Positions 18,470 through 28,176 of a DNA stretch of 41,207 nucleotides are shown here, piece by piece. The DNA lies in sequence record DRR378314_814. One strand, 5' to 3'. Position 1 is the first letter of the stretch. The number at the start of each line of letters is the position of its first letter. The notes beneath the pieces were generated by a model, which was not told the DNA's origin, searched no databases, and saw nothing but the letters and a program-made list of their open reading frames with translations. Position numbers and translations under genes: made by a program.

Positions 18470-19034
18470 TTACCGATCCGAACTCATAAAACTTACCGCT
18501 ACTCCACACCCCGAACCGCATTTCACCATCGATTTCTTCTTCGGTAGACAGTTCCACCAGGTCATAAAAAACGGATCTGACGATCAAAGCTTCCAGGTTG
18601 GATCTGACCAGAACATAAGGCGACGGCTCGCCCGTTTCTTTTTCAAAGGCCATGCGAATGGGGTGTTCTTCATCTACAATAACATATTCATCCACATGTG
18701 TCCTGAAACTCAGCACCTGATCGCGACCTTCGCCTTCGTGGAACATTTCCACGGCCACAAACGGGGCGTCATCGACAACAATTCCAATTTTTTCTGCCGG
18801 TGTCACAAGATAGTAACGTCCATCCTCATCATAGCGCAGAACGCTGGAGAAAAGTTTCACCAGAGGTTTTCGGCCGATCGGCGAATTCAGATAATACCAG
18901 GTCCCATCCCGGGCAATACGGATATCCAGCTCACCGCAGAAATCTGGATGCCATAAATGTACAGGCGGATGTTTCTTGTCTTTTATCTGTTTCGCAATTT
19001 CGCTGAGTGCGTCTGTCGTTACAGGGCTTGTCAT
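18450..19034 (-). CDS. DUF1285 family protein
   Basis: PPVHLWHP..CGELDIRIARDGTWYY, LVTPAEK..IVVDDAPF motifs. Confidence 0.88.
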   Translation of the reverse strand: MTSPVTTDALSEIAKQIKDKKHPPVHLWHPDFCGELDIRIARDGTWYYLNSPIGRKPLVKLFSSVLRYDEDGRYYLVTPAEKIGIVVDDAPFVAVEMFHEGEGRDQVLSFRTHVDEYVIVDEEHPIRMAFEKETGEPSPYVLVRSNLEALIVRSVFYDLVELSTEEEIDGEMRFGVWSSGKFYEFGSVNELFGE

Positions 19035-19120
19035 ATTTTAGCCTTATCCTAGCTTATTCTGTATTATGTATTAATATGTACTCTTAGCGCTGTGAATTTC
19101 AAAAGGAACTTGGGAATCTG

Positions 19121-20119
19121 ATGGAAAAACTCGACGGCACGGCAGAAGAAACCCTTGAGGAAATCGGGGTTCTCTCAACCAAACTGGGGGATCTGAAGAC
19201 CGAAATCGGCCAACAGATTTTTGGACAGTCCGAAGTGATTGAGCAGACGCTTGTAACCCTTCTTGCCGGGGGACATGCCCTGTTGATCGGTGTTCCGGGC
19301 CTTGCCAAGACCCGGCTGGCGGAAACACTTGGCAAAGTTTTCGGCCTGAGCGAGAAACGAATTCAGTTTACCCCCGACCTGATGCCCGCAGATATTCTCG
19401 GCTCTGAAATCCTTGAAAAGGATGACAGCGGCCGTCAGCAGTTCCAGTTTGTTCAAGGCCCCGTTTTCAGTCAGCTTTTGATGGCCGATGAAATCAACCG
19501 CGCCAGTCCGCGAACCCAATCTGCCCTGTTGCAGGCCATGCAGGAGAAAAAAGTCACCGTTGCCGGTGTTTCCTATGATCTGCCCGCGCCCTTTCATGTT
19601 CTGGCGACCCAAAACCCGATCGAGCAGGAAGGCACCTATCCCCTGCCGGAAGCCCAACTGGATCGCTTCCTTTTGCAAATCAATGTGGATTATCCGGACG
19701 CGGAAACCGAACGGCGCATTCTGGTGGAAACAACCGATAACCGCACCGTTGAGGTGAAATCTGTTTTCTCGCCGGAGGAATTGATGAAAGCGCAACAACT
19801 TGCGCGGGATATTCCGGTTACCGATCAGATTATTGAAACGATTTTGCAACTGGTTCGAAACGCCCGCCCACAAAGCACCGATAATGAATTGGTTCGCCAA
19901 TATGTCACCTGGGGTCCCGGCCCGCGCGCCAGTCAGGCACTCATTCTGGCCGCACGGGCAAAATCCCTGCTGGAAGGGCGGTTCAGCCCTTCGGTTGATG
20001 ATATCATTGATCTGGCGCCGCCTGTGCTGAAGCATCGCATGGCTGTGTCCTATGCGGCCAAAGCCGAAGGGATCAGCGTCGACACTGTCATTTCCGCATT
20101 GCTGGAGGCCTACCGATAG
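19121..20119 (+). CDS. moxR: MoxR family AAA+ ATPase
   Basis: GVPGLAKT Walker A, RIQFTPDLMPAD, ADEINRA Walker B, ATQNPIEQEGTYPLPEAQLDRF. Confidence 0.93.
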   Translation: MEKLDGTAEETLEEIGVLSTKLGDLKTEIGQQIFGQSEVIEQTLVTLLAGGHALLIGVPGLAKTRLAETLGKVFGLSEKRIQFTPDLMPADILGSEILEKDDSGRQQFQFVQGPVFSQLLMADEINRASPRTQSALLQAMQEKKVTVAGVSYDLPAPFHVLATQNPIEQEGTYPLPEAQLDRFLLQINVDYPDAETERRILVETTDNRTVEVKSVFSPEELMKAQQLARDIPVTDQIIETILQLVRNARPQSTDNELVRQYVTWGPGPRASQALILAARAKSLLEGRFSPSVDDIIDLAPPVLKHRMAVSYAAKAEGISVDTVISALLEAYR

Positions 20120-20120
20120 G

Positions 20121-21017
20121 ATGCCAATCCGGGAGCAGTTTTCATCAACAGACCTGAAACTGCGGGGAGAGGCCGAAAAGCAGGCCGCCGCCCTTTCCTC
20201 ACTGCTGTTGCAAGCCCACCAGATCATCGATCATGTGGATATGGGTCAGCATGGCCGGCGCAAAACCGGCAAGGGAGAGGATTTCTGGCAATTTCGCCCC
20301 TACACGCAGGGCGACAGCAGCACCGAAGTGGATTGGCGCCAAACCGCCAAACGCGGGGATCTTTACATCCGCCAAAAAGAACTGGAAACCAGCGAAAGCG
20401 TCTGGTTCTGGCTCGATAGCGCCCCGACCATGTCCTATCAATCCCATCTGGCGGATCTGTCCAAACGCGACTATGGCTGTCTGCTGACTTTGGCACTGGG
20501 TCTCCTCCTCAATCGGGGGGAGGAAAAATACAATCTTCTGGGCAACACCAGCAAGGCAGGTCACGGCACGGCTCATTTTGAAAGTTTCGCGGCTGACCTG
20601 TTCGCCGGTGATGGGCCTGACCTGAAAAAAGCCCTGCTTGCCAGCAAAACCCCGAAACAGTCCCAGTTTGTGTTGATCAGTGATTTTCTCACCCCGACCG
20701 AGGAATTGCTGGACGCCCTTAAAGTTGCCATCAGTTCCGGTGGCCGGGGCCTTCTGCTGCAGGTCATAGACCCGGCGGAAGAAACGCTCCCCTTTACCGG
20801 ACGGACCAATTTTCTGGATATGGCCGGTAATCCCGTCATCACCTTTGGCAAGGTTGAAAGCGTCCGCGCCGACTATGAGGACCGCTTCGCCGCCCATTGC
20901 CAGGGCCTGACCGATCTGGCCCGGCAGGTTGGCTGGCGTCATTTGCAATGTGTCACCCATGATCGACCCTCCGAAACCCTGGCCCGGCTCTATGGATATC
21001 TGAGGGAGGGGATCTGA
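20121..21017 (+). CDS. DUF58 (vWA-like) MoxR partner
   Basis: GQHGRRKTGKGEDFWQFRPY..GD...VDWRQTA, ISDFL; directly follows moxR. Confidence 0.88.
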   Translation: MPIREQFSSTDLKLRGEAEKQAAALSSLLLQAHQIIDHVDMGQHGRRKTGKGEDFWQFRPYTQGDSSTEVDWRQTAKRGDLYIRQKELETSESVWFWLDSAPTMSYQSHLADLSKRDYGCLLTLALGLLLNRGEEKYNLLGNTSKAGHGTAHFESFAADLFAGDGPDLKKALLASKTPKQSQFVLISDFLTPTEELLDALKVAISSGGRGLLLQVIDPAEETLPFTGRTNFLDMAGNPVITFGKVESVRADYEDRFAAHCQGLTDLARQVGWRHLQCVTHDRPSETLARLYGYLREGI

Positions 21018-23788
21018 TGGTTACCGCTCTTTCTTCGCTGTCGTTTGCTGCGCCGTGGATCCTGTCCCTGCTGGTCCTGCTGCCGGTTTTTTACTGGTTG
21101 ATCCGCATCACACCGCCGCGCCCAAAATCGGTGACCTTTTCCGCCGTCTCCTTTTTGCTGCAGCTTCCCAACCGTGAAGACAGCACCGTCAGCATCCCGT
21201 GGTGGCTTTTACTGCTGCGGCTGGCGATTGCGGCCCTGATTATCCTCGCCCTGTCTGGTCCGCGCCTGAACGCACCGGATGAAGTGCGCGGCGATGGGCC
21301 GATTGTGATCCTTGTTGAAAATGACTGGGCCGCCGCCCCTCATTGGGACCAAATGGAGGCGCGCCTGAATGCTCTTTTGGAAAATCTGAAAGGACAAGGC
21401 CGGCTGGTCTATCTGGTCCCCATGGCCAGCATTCGCATGACCGAAGAAGAAGGGCTTCGCCCCCTCACCCCCGATCAGGCACTGGAAGAAGTGGCCTCCC
21501 TGCAGCCGGTCTCCTGGCATCCACCCACTGATCATTTGAAATCAATTATTGACCAGATGACGGAACTGAACCTGCCGCAGATTTACTGGATCAGCGATGG
21601 CACCATCGCCGGGGCAGAAACAGATCCCTATCAGGCCCAGCTGGACCGGCTGTCGGATCTGTTTGCCGTCACCCTTTACAGCCCGGCCGATAAGGATGCG
21701 CCTGTCATCATTGGCAAGCCCACCTACGGTGATGGCAAGCTTAATATCCCGCTAACCCACGCAGCCGGTGGCCTCAAACCGGAAGGGAATATCCTCATCA
21801 AATCCGCCAATGGCAGTATTCTGAGCGTTCTGCCCTACCGTTTTGACGACACCACTGAAACAACCCTGACCACTGGCCTGCCCATCAGCCTTTATAACGA
21901 CATTGACCGGATAGAAGTGCAAAGCGGGCAATCTGCCGCTTCCCTTTACCTGATCGACAGCCGCAGCAAACGCAAAACGGCCGGCATCGTGGTCAGCGAG
22001 GAAAGCACCCCTGCCCAAGCGTTGTTGAGCGAAGTGCATTATCTGGAAAAAGCGCTGCAGCCCCATTATTCCCTTCTTAAAGGGGACGTGGATAAACTGG
22101 TCCAGGAACAGGTTTCGCTGATTTTCCTCGGCGATGGGGGGATTTCCGCGATTGAGGATGAACAGGCGCTCACCCGCTGGGTCAATGCCGGGGGCACCCT
22201 GGTGCGCTTCGCCGGTCCGCGCCTTGCCAATTCCAACAGCGATCTGACCCCGGTTCGCTTGCGCGACGGCTCGCGCAACCTGGATGGCAGTATCTCCTGG
22301 ACCCGACCGCAACCGCTCGGCAGCTTTAGTGACAAAAGTCCGTTTGCCAATTTGTCGATCCCGGACGATGTCACGGTGAAAAAACAGATCCTCGCCCTGC
22401 CAACCGTTGAACTGGCAGCGAAAACCTGGGCGTCGCTGGCCGATGGGACGCCGCTGGTCACGGGCGATATCTGGCAGGATGGAACCCTTATTCTGTTTCA
22501 CACCTCCGCCACCCCCAGCTGGTCCAACCTTGTTCTGTCCGGCCTGTTTGTCGACATGCTACGGGAAATCGGCACCTTAAGCCGCAATAGCCGGCAGGAT
22601 CTTCAAACCGGCACACCGCTGCCGCCCTATCGCCTGCTGGATGGCTTTGGCCGCTACACAGATTTCAAACTGGATGCCCAATCGCTGGATTTATCGGCAG
22701 AAACGCCGGTTGCGGTCAGCCGCCTCAATCCCGCCGGTTTTTATGGCAGCGACCAACAGAATGTCGCCCTGAATATCGGCGAAGCGCCCCTCGCGTATAA
22801 AGCCCTCAACCCGGCGCATTTCACACCGCAAAATTACCCGCTGGAACTGGCGGCGGAGCTGGATCTGGTGCCGCTTTTACTGACCCTTCTGATCCTTCTG
22901 ATCCTGCTGGATCTGATCCTCGCCATTTATCTGCAGGGCAAAATGCCTGGCCTGGCGCGCCGCACACCGCGCAGCAATGTCAGTGCCCTGCTGGCCGCGC
23001 TGCTCATCGCTGGCAGTCAGCTTTGGGGGCCATCTGCCACGGCGCAGGAGGATAATCTGGACAAAGAAATGCTGGCCGCTCTTGATACGCGCCTTGCCTT
23101 TGTCAGAACCGGCAATGAACAGGTGGATCGCTTCAGCGCGGCCGGTCTGGCGGGGCTCAGCCTGACCCTGACCCGCCGCACATCGGTTGAAACCGAAGCC
23201 CCTCTGGCCCTCAATATTGAACGGGATGAGCTGTTATTCCATCCCTTCGTCTACTGGCCCGTCACGCCCGATTTTCCCGAACTGAGCACCGAAGCCGTTC
23301 GGCGGATCAATCAATATTTGAAAGAAGGCGGGACCATTTTGTTTGATACCCGCAACCAGCATCTGGCGGCCCGGTATGGCGGCGTTCTGTCCAACAGCCC
23401 GGAAAATTTACGGCTGCAGAAAATTGTCTCCCGCCTGCAGATCCCACAGCTCGTCACCGTTCCGGTGGATCATGTGCTGACTCGCTCTTTCTATCTGATG
23501 CAAACCTTTCCCGGCCGCTACGAAACCGGTAATGTCTGGATATCCTCGACCGAGGAGGGAGACGCAAATGACGGGGTTTCGCCGATCCTGATCGGCAGTA
23601 ACGACTGGGCCGCCGCCTGGGCTTTGGATGAAAATGGTCGGCCCATGGCATCGGTTATTCCCGGCGGAGAGCGTCAGCGAGAGCTTGCCTGGCGGTTTGG
23701 CATCAACCTTGCCATGTATGCCCTGACCGGCAGCTACAAAGCGGATCAGGTGCATATTCCGGCGATCCTCAATCGGTTAAGCCAATGA
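21017..23788 (+). CDS. BatA N-terminal / DUF4159 domain membrane protein
   Basis: FAAPWIL...PWWLLLLRL BatA-type N-terminus; C-terminal DUF4159-like DHVLTRSFYL...NDWAAAWA...YKADQVH. Confidence 0.88.
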   Translation: MVTALSSLSFAAPWILSLLVLLPVFYWLIRITPPRPKSVTFSAVSFLLQLPNREDSTVSIPWWLLLLRLAIAALIILALSGPRLNAPDEVRGDGPIVILVENDWAAAPHWDQMEARLNALLENLKGQGRLVYLVPMASIRMTEEEGLRPLTPDQALEEVASLQPVSWHPPTDHLKSIIDQMTELNLPQIYWISDGTIAGAETDPYQAQLDRLSDLFAVTLYSPADKDAPVIIGKPTYGDGKLNIPLTHAAGGLKPEGNILIKSANGSILSVLPYRFDDTTETTLTTGLPISLYNDIDRIEVQSGQSAASLYLIDSRSKRKTAGIVVSEESTPAQALLSEVHYLEKALQPHYSLLKGDVDKLVQEQVSLIFLGDGGISAIEDEQALTRWVNAGGTLVRFAGPRLANSNSDLTPVRLRDGSRNLDGSISWTRPQPLGSFSDKSPFANLSIPDDVTVKKQILALPTVELAAKTWASLADGTPLVTGDIWQDGTLILFHTSATPSWSNLVLSGLFVDMLREIGTLSRNSRQDLQTGTPLPPYRLLDGFGRYTDFKLDAQSLDLSAETPVAVSRLNPAGFYGSDQQNVALNIGEAPLAYKALNPAHFTPQNYPLELAAELDLVPLLLTLLILLILLDLILAIYLQGKMPGLARRTPRSNVSALLAALLIAGSQLWGPSATAQEDNLDKEMLAALDTRLAFVRTGNEQVDRFSAAGLAGLSLTLTRRTSVETEAPLALNIERDELLFHPFVYWPVTPDFPELSTEAVRRINQYLKEGGTILFDTRNQHLAARYGGVLSNSPENLRLQKIVSRLQIPQLVTVPVDHVLTRSFYLMQTFPGRYETGNVWISSTEEGDANDGVSPILIGSNDWAAAWALDENGRPMASVIPGGERQRELAWRFGINLAMYALTGSYKADQVHIPAILNRLSQ

Positions 23789-25875
23789 CAGAAACCGCAC
23801 ATTTCACCAATCTGGCTTTTGATCCGCTTCTGCCGCTGCAAGCCCTCCTCCTGCTGGCGGGCCTGAGCCTGCTGGTATTGCTGTTCGGTGTGTGGCGAAA
23901 ATCCCGGGGCATCAGCATCCGGTTTTTGCTCCTCGCCCTTGTCTTTGCCTTGCTGGCCAACCCCTATCTGGTCACCGAAAGCCGGGATTATCTGGATGAC
24001 ACCGTGTTGGTGATCACCGATCAGTCGGGCAGTCAGAAAATCGGCGATCGGCAAAGTCAGACCGCTGCTGCCCGCCTTGCCGTTGAAGAACGGCTTCGCA
24101 ATTTTGATAATCTGAATATCCAGGTTCTGGAGGTCACCAATAATCCCTCCGGCCTTGATCGCCGATCCGAAGGCACGGCACTGTTCAAGGCCCGGGATGA
24201 GTTTCTGAAAACCTTCCCGGCGAACGGCCTTGCCGCGACCCTTCTGATCACCGACGGGCAGGTTCATGACGCGCCAACATCGAAAGACACATCCAGCCCG
24301 GATGCGGGGCCGGTTCACGTCCTGCTCAGTGGAGAGAAAGACGAGGTGGACCGGATCCTGTTTGTTGAAACCGCGCCCAGTTTCGGTATTGTCGGAAAAT
24401 CGGTAACGATCGGCTATAAAGTCGTTGATCATCAGCCGGATACCAGCGCCCAGACGGTTGTGGTCACCGTCAAGCTGGACGGTGAAGTGATCCGCCGCGT
24501 GGGCAGCCGCACCGGCCGCAGCGAAAGTTTTGATCTGGAAATTCCCCATGGCGGGGCCAATCACATCACCCTGGAGGTGGAGCCCCTGACCGGCGAGTTG
24601 AGCCAGAAAAACAATCTGGCTGTTGTCACCGTCAATGGGGTTCGGGACCGGCTGAAAGTCCTTCTGGTCTCAGGCGAGCCGCATATGGGAGAGCGGAGCT
24701 GGCGCAACATTCTGAAATCCGATCCGTCCGTGGAACTGGTCCATTTCACCATCCTTCGCCCGCCGGAAAAACAGGATGGCACACCGCTCAAAGAACTGTC
24801 CCTGATCCCTTTCCCGATTGTCGAGCTGTTTGAGAAAAAGCTCGAAGAATTTGATCTCATCGTTTTTGATCGCTATCGGCGGCGGGGGGTTCTGGCTTCA
24901 CGTTTCCTCAATAACATTGTCAATTATGTGGAAAATGGCGGTGCCCTGCTGGAGGCGGCAGGCCCTTCCTTTGCCACCCCGCTCAGTCTTTATCGAACAC
25001 CGCTTTCTGTGGTGCTGCCGGGTGTTCCAACCGGCTCCGTGATCGAACAGCCTTACCTGCCGGAGGTCAGCAAAACCGGTCATCGCCATCCGGTCACCGC
25101 CTCCTTGGAAGATCGCTATCAGGCCCGCAACTGGGGCCGCTGGTTCCGCCTGATCGACAGCGATGTCACTGGCGGCGATGTCCTGATGACCGGCCCGACC
25201 GAACGGCCGCTGCTGATCCTGCATCGCCAGGGCGAAGGCCGTGTTGCCCAGCTTATGTCTGATCATGCCTGGCTTTGGGGGCGCGGCTTTGATGGCGGCG
25301 GGCCGCAATCTGAACTGTTTCGGCGCATCGCCCACTGGCTGATGAAGGAGCCGGAACTGGAAGAGGAAAACCTGACCGCAAAACCGGTTGGAGACAATCT
25401 GCAAATCACCCGCCAGACACTGGATCTGGAAGATACCGAAGTTGAAGTGACCCATCCCGATGGCACCAAAGTCACCGTGGACCTGGCGGAGACTGGCAAA
25501 GGTCAGTTTACTGCCAGCACACCCTTGGCCGGGCGGGGTCTTTATGAGCTGAAAACCACCGGGGTCAGTAATATGATCGCCGTTGGGTCCCTCAACCCGC
25601 TGGAGGAGCGGGACATCCGCGCCACCGAAACTCATCTTGGCCCGGTCACCCAACAAACCAATGGCGGGATCCACTGGATCAGTGACGGCTCAATGCCTGA
25701 CTTTCGCCGGACCGATCCGGACGGCACCCAGTCCAGTGAATACTGGTGGGGCCTTCGAGCCAATAACCGCTTTGACGTAACCGGCTATTCCCGCACCACA
25801 TTGCTCCCGCCCTATGTTGGTGTCCTGCTGTTGCTGGGAATTCTGGCGGCGCTGTGGTGGCGTGAAGGGCGCTGA
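23785..25875 (+). CDS. Membrane protein of the MoxR operon (vWA-like plus glutamine-amidotransferase-like domains)
   Basis: N-terminal TMs, DQSGSQ, ITDGQVHD, VLLVSGEPHMGER, C-terminal WWREGR; ATGA overlap with the previous gene. Confidence 0.85.
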   Translation: MTETAHFTNLAFDPLLPLQALLLLAGLSLLVLLFGVWRKSRGISIRFLLLALVFALLANPYLVTESRDYLDDTVLVITDQSGSQKIGDRQSQTAAARLAVEERLRNFDNLNIQVLEVTNNPSGLDRRSEGTALFKARDEFLKTFPANGLAATLLITDGQVHDAPTSKDTSSPDAGPVHVLLSGEKDEVDRILFVETAPSFGIVGKSVTIGYKVVDHQPDTSAQTVVVTVKLDGEVIRRVGSRTGRSESFDLEIPHGGANHITLEVEPLTGELSQKNNLAVVTVNGVRDRLKVLLVSGEPHMGERSWRNILKSDPSVELVHFTILRPPEKQDGTPLKELSLIPFPIVELFEKKLEEFDLIVFDRYRRRGVLASRFLNNIVNYVENGGALLEAAGPSFATPLSLYRTPLSVVLPGVPTGSVIEQPYLPEVSKTGHRHPVTASLEDRYQARNWGRWFRLIDSDVTGGDVLMTGPTERPLLILHRQGEGRVAQLMSDHAWLWGRGFDGGGPQSELFRRIAHWLMKEPELEEENLTAKPVGDNLQITRQTLDLEDTEVEVTHPDGTKVTVDLAETGKGQFTASTPLAGRGLYELKTTGVSNMIAVGSLNPLEERDIRATETHLGPVTQQTNGGIHWISDGSMPDFRRTDPDGTQSSEYWWGLRANNRFDVTGYSRTTLLPPYVGVLLLLGILAALWWREGR

Positions 25876-25898
25876 TCCACGCCCTGGCACCCTTCTGA

Positions 25899-26450
25899 TT
25901 ATTCTGACTTGGCAGCCTGTGAAGGGACAGCGGCGCCCGCAACCATCCCGCTGACACCGTCCAGTGCCCCCTCCTGCAGCTCGCAGACCAGAAATCGATG
26001 CGGCTCAACAGGTCCCGGCAGTTGAAAGCCCCGATCCACGGCAGAGACAAAACCGAACTTGCCATAATAGCCAGGATCGCCGACCAGCACGACCAGCTTA
26101 TGGCCCCGCTCCTTGGCAATTTTCAGGGTGTCCCGGATAAGGCCGACGCCAACGCCCTGCCCCTGCAGATCGGGTTGCACGGCGATCGGCCCCAGCAGCA
26201 AGGCTGGTGTCACCCCGCCGATCGTCAGCGGCCAATAGCTGATGGTTGCCAGAAGTTTCCCCGCCTTTCGCGCCACCAGACATAACTCTGGCAGGGCTGT
26301 TGAATTCTCACGCAATGTATAAGCCGTCTTGCGGTGCCGATCCGGACCAAAGCAAAGATCAAGGAGAGTTTCAATTGCCGCGGCATCCTGCGGCTTTTCC
26401 CGGGAAATTTCATACATGACGACGTCCTCACCTGACAGGGACAGCTCCAT
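25899..26450 (-). CDS. GNAT family N-acetyltransferase (YhbS-like)
   Basis: LLLGPIAV..QGQGVG acetyl-CoA motif and VLVGDPGYYGKFGF; alternative start at 26417. Confidence 0.88.
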   Translation of the reverse strand: MELSLSGEDVVMYEISREKPQDAAAIETLLDLCFGPDRHRKTAYTLRENSTALPELCLVARKAGKLLATISYWPLTIGGVTPALLLGPIAVQPDLQGQGVGVGLIRDTLKIAKERGHKLVVLVGDPGYYGKFGFVSAVDRGFQLPGPVEPHRFLVCELQEGALDGVSGMVAGAAVPSQAAKSE

Positions 26451-26491
26451 ACCATCCGGTCAGTAATATTTTCAACTTATGTTCGAAGGCT

Positions 26492-26541
26492 AAAAAAACA
26501 GGCAGCCCTAAAGGGCCGAGTGCGGATTGCGCACTCCCTAT
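26492..26541 (-). terminator. Attenuator/terminator in the GNAT 5' leader
   Basis: GAGUGCG/CGCACUC and GGCCC/GGGCU hairpins, closed by AUAGG/CCUGU and ending in U7. Confidence 0.6.
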
Positions 26542-26576
26542 CGTCGTCGTCGGATGAGGGTCATTACCGTGTTCAT
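26538..26576 (-). CDS. Arg-rich leader peptide MNTVMTLIRRRR
   Basis: ATG AAC ACG GTA ATG ACC CTC ATC CGA CGA CGA CGA TAG, directly followed by hairpins and a U-tract. Confidence 0.7.
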   Translation of the reverse strand: MNTVMTLIRRRR

Positions 26577-26706
26577 GATTTTTCATCTAGCATACCCCTC
26601 CGCCCAGATAAAGCTTTTTAAAAAGACACTTGCGCATTTTAGTCGAGAGACGATATTTTTAAAGGTACCGGGGCGAAATTGATAATAGACAGAAAAAGAG
26701 ACCTGC

Positions 26707-27345
26707 ATGTTTTACAAAACTTCCGATCATCACGGGCTGAAGCATAATCCGTTCAAGGCATTAGTCTCCCCTCGGCCGATCGGCTGGGTCAGCACCAAAT
26801 CCACCGAAGGGGAGTTGAACCTGGCACCGTTCAGTTTCTTTAACGCCATGGCCGATAACCCGCCTGCGGTTGTTTTATCATTCACCGGTAATCATACCGA
26901 AGGCGGCCCCAAGGACACCCTCGCCAACATCAAAGAAACGGGTGAATATGTGGTCAATATGGTGACCTATGATCTTCGCGATGCCATGAACGCCAGCTCT
27001 GAAATGGTCGGCCGCGCCGTTGATGAGTTTGAGCTGGCCAACCTGACTGCAATACCGAGCGAGCTTGTCAGCCCACCACGGGTCAAGGAGAGCCCGGTCA
27101 ATATGGAATGTAAATTATTGCAGATCATCGATCTTCCCACCAACAACCCGGATGTGCCCAGCAGCATGGTTCTGGGCCAGGTGGTCGCCATCCATATCAG
27201 TGATGACATCATCACCGATGGCATGATCGACATGACCAAATATCATCCGCTGGCCCGCCTTGGGTACCGGGATTATACCGCCGTGATGGATGTGTTCAGT
27301 CTGGACCGCCCGGATCAGGCCGTGCAGGATAAGAGCCGCCGCTAA
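26707..27345 (+). CDS. Flavin reductase family protein
   Basis: PRPIGWVST, NLAPFSFFN, KDTLANI, PPRVKESPVNMEC, LARLG. Confidence 0.9.
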   Translation: MFYKTSDHHGLKHNPFKALVSPRPIGWVSTKSTEGELNLAPFSFFNAMADNPPAVVLSFTGNHTEGGPKDTLANIKETGEYVVNMVTYDLRDAMNASSEMVGRAVDEFELANLTAIPSELVSPPRVKESPVNMECKLLQIIDLPTNNPDVPSSMVLGQVVAIHISDDIITDGMIDMTKYHPLARLGYRDYTAVMDVFSLDRPDQAVQDKSRR

Positions 27346-28079
27346 CTGCCGTAGAAAACACCGCGAATTTCCCGGGCCAGCTTTTGACGAATGGCCCGGG
27401 CGAAATCGTTAAAATCCTTGGCTACTTCAACAAATGCGCCATATCCGCCGATCATATGCTGCTGGTAATACTGATTTAAAGTCGGCTCCTCATTGAGGAT
27501 CGGCAATCCATTAATGGTAATCCCGGCGCCAGTGATCTGATCGCGGATTTTATCTGGCTCCGCCCCCAGTGTCACTCGTCCGTCGCCGGAAAGGTCAATC
27601 ACCTGACGGGTGCCCCGAAGACCATCTTCTGCCAACAGGGCGGCTGCAACCTTTAACGCCGGTGTGATGGCAGTACCGCCAAAATCAAACGCTCTTGGCA
27701 CATATTCAATGCGATCGGCAAAGGCTTCGGCATCCGCATCTGATCCGATCTCCGTCCAGTTCAGGCTGAGTTCCTGCTGATCTGATCCGGCCCATTGCAT
27801 CATGGCAACCCGGATCCGCCCGACAGTGCCGGAACGGATGGCTTCCTTCACCTCGGCGCTTCGAAACGCGGCCACATAGCCGCGCATCTGCAGGTCAAAT
27901 TCGCCATAATTCACGCTGGAGGATACATCCACCGCCAGCACCAATTGCAAATCCACCAACTCGTTGGCCTTTGCTGGCCCGGAAATTGCCGCAAACAGAC
28001 ACAGGTCAGCGGCAACCAGCAACATCGCCCTGAGCTGGCGCATATATAAAAAAGCTCCCGTCCGTATCATGCCGCTCAT
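27342..28079 (-). CDS. DUF1194 family (vWA-like) exported protein
   Basis: LVLAVDVSSS MIDAS-like motif, VIDLSGDG, TINGLPI, F..AIRQKLAREI; start uncertain (28127/28079/28070). Confidence 0.82.
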   Translation of the reverse strand: MSGMIRTGAFLYMRQLRAMLLVAADLCLFAAISGPAKANELVDLQLVLAVDVSSSVNYGEFDLQMRGYVAAFRSAEVKEAIRSGTVGRIRVAMMQWAGSDQQELSLNWTEIGSDADAEAFADRIEYVPRAFDFGGTAITPALKVAAALLAEDGLRGTRQVIDLSGDGRVTLGAEPDKIRDQITGAGITINGLPILNEEPTLNQYYQQHMIGGYGAFVEVAKDFNDFARAIRQKLAREIRGVFYGS

Positions 28080-28124
28080 TTTACCGCCGATCATGTCGGA
28101 ATTTTGTCCATGCCGGTCTCGCAT

Positions 28125-28157
28125 CAAAAAAGGCGCCCCGATTGAAGCGCCTTTTTG
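28125..28157 (-). terminator. Intrinsic terminator after dctM
   Basis: CAAAAAAGGCGC...GCGCCTTTTTG inverted repeat. Confidence 0.75.
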
Positions 28158-28176
28158 AGGTTTATAAGATCCCTGG

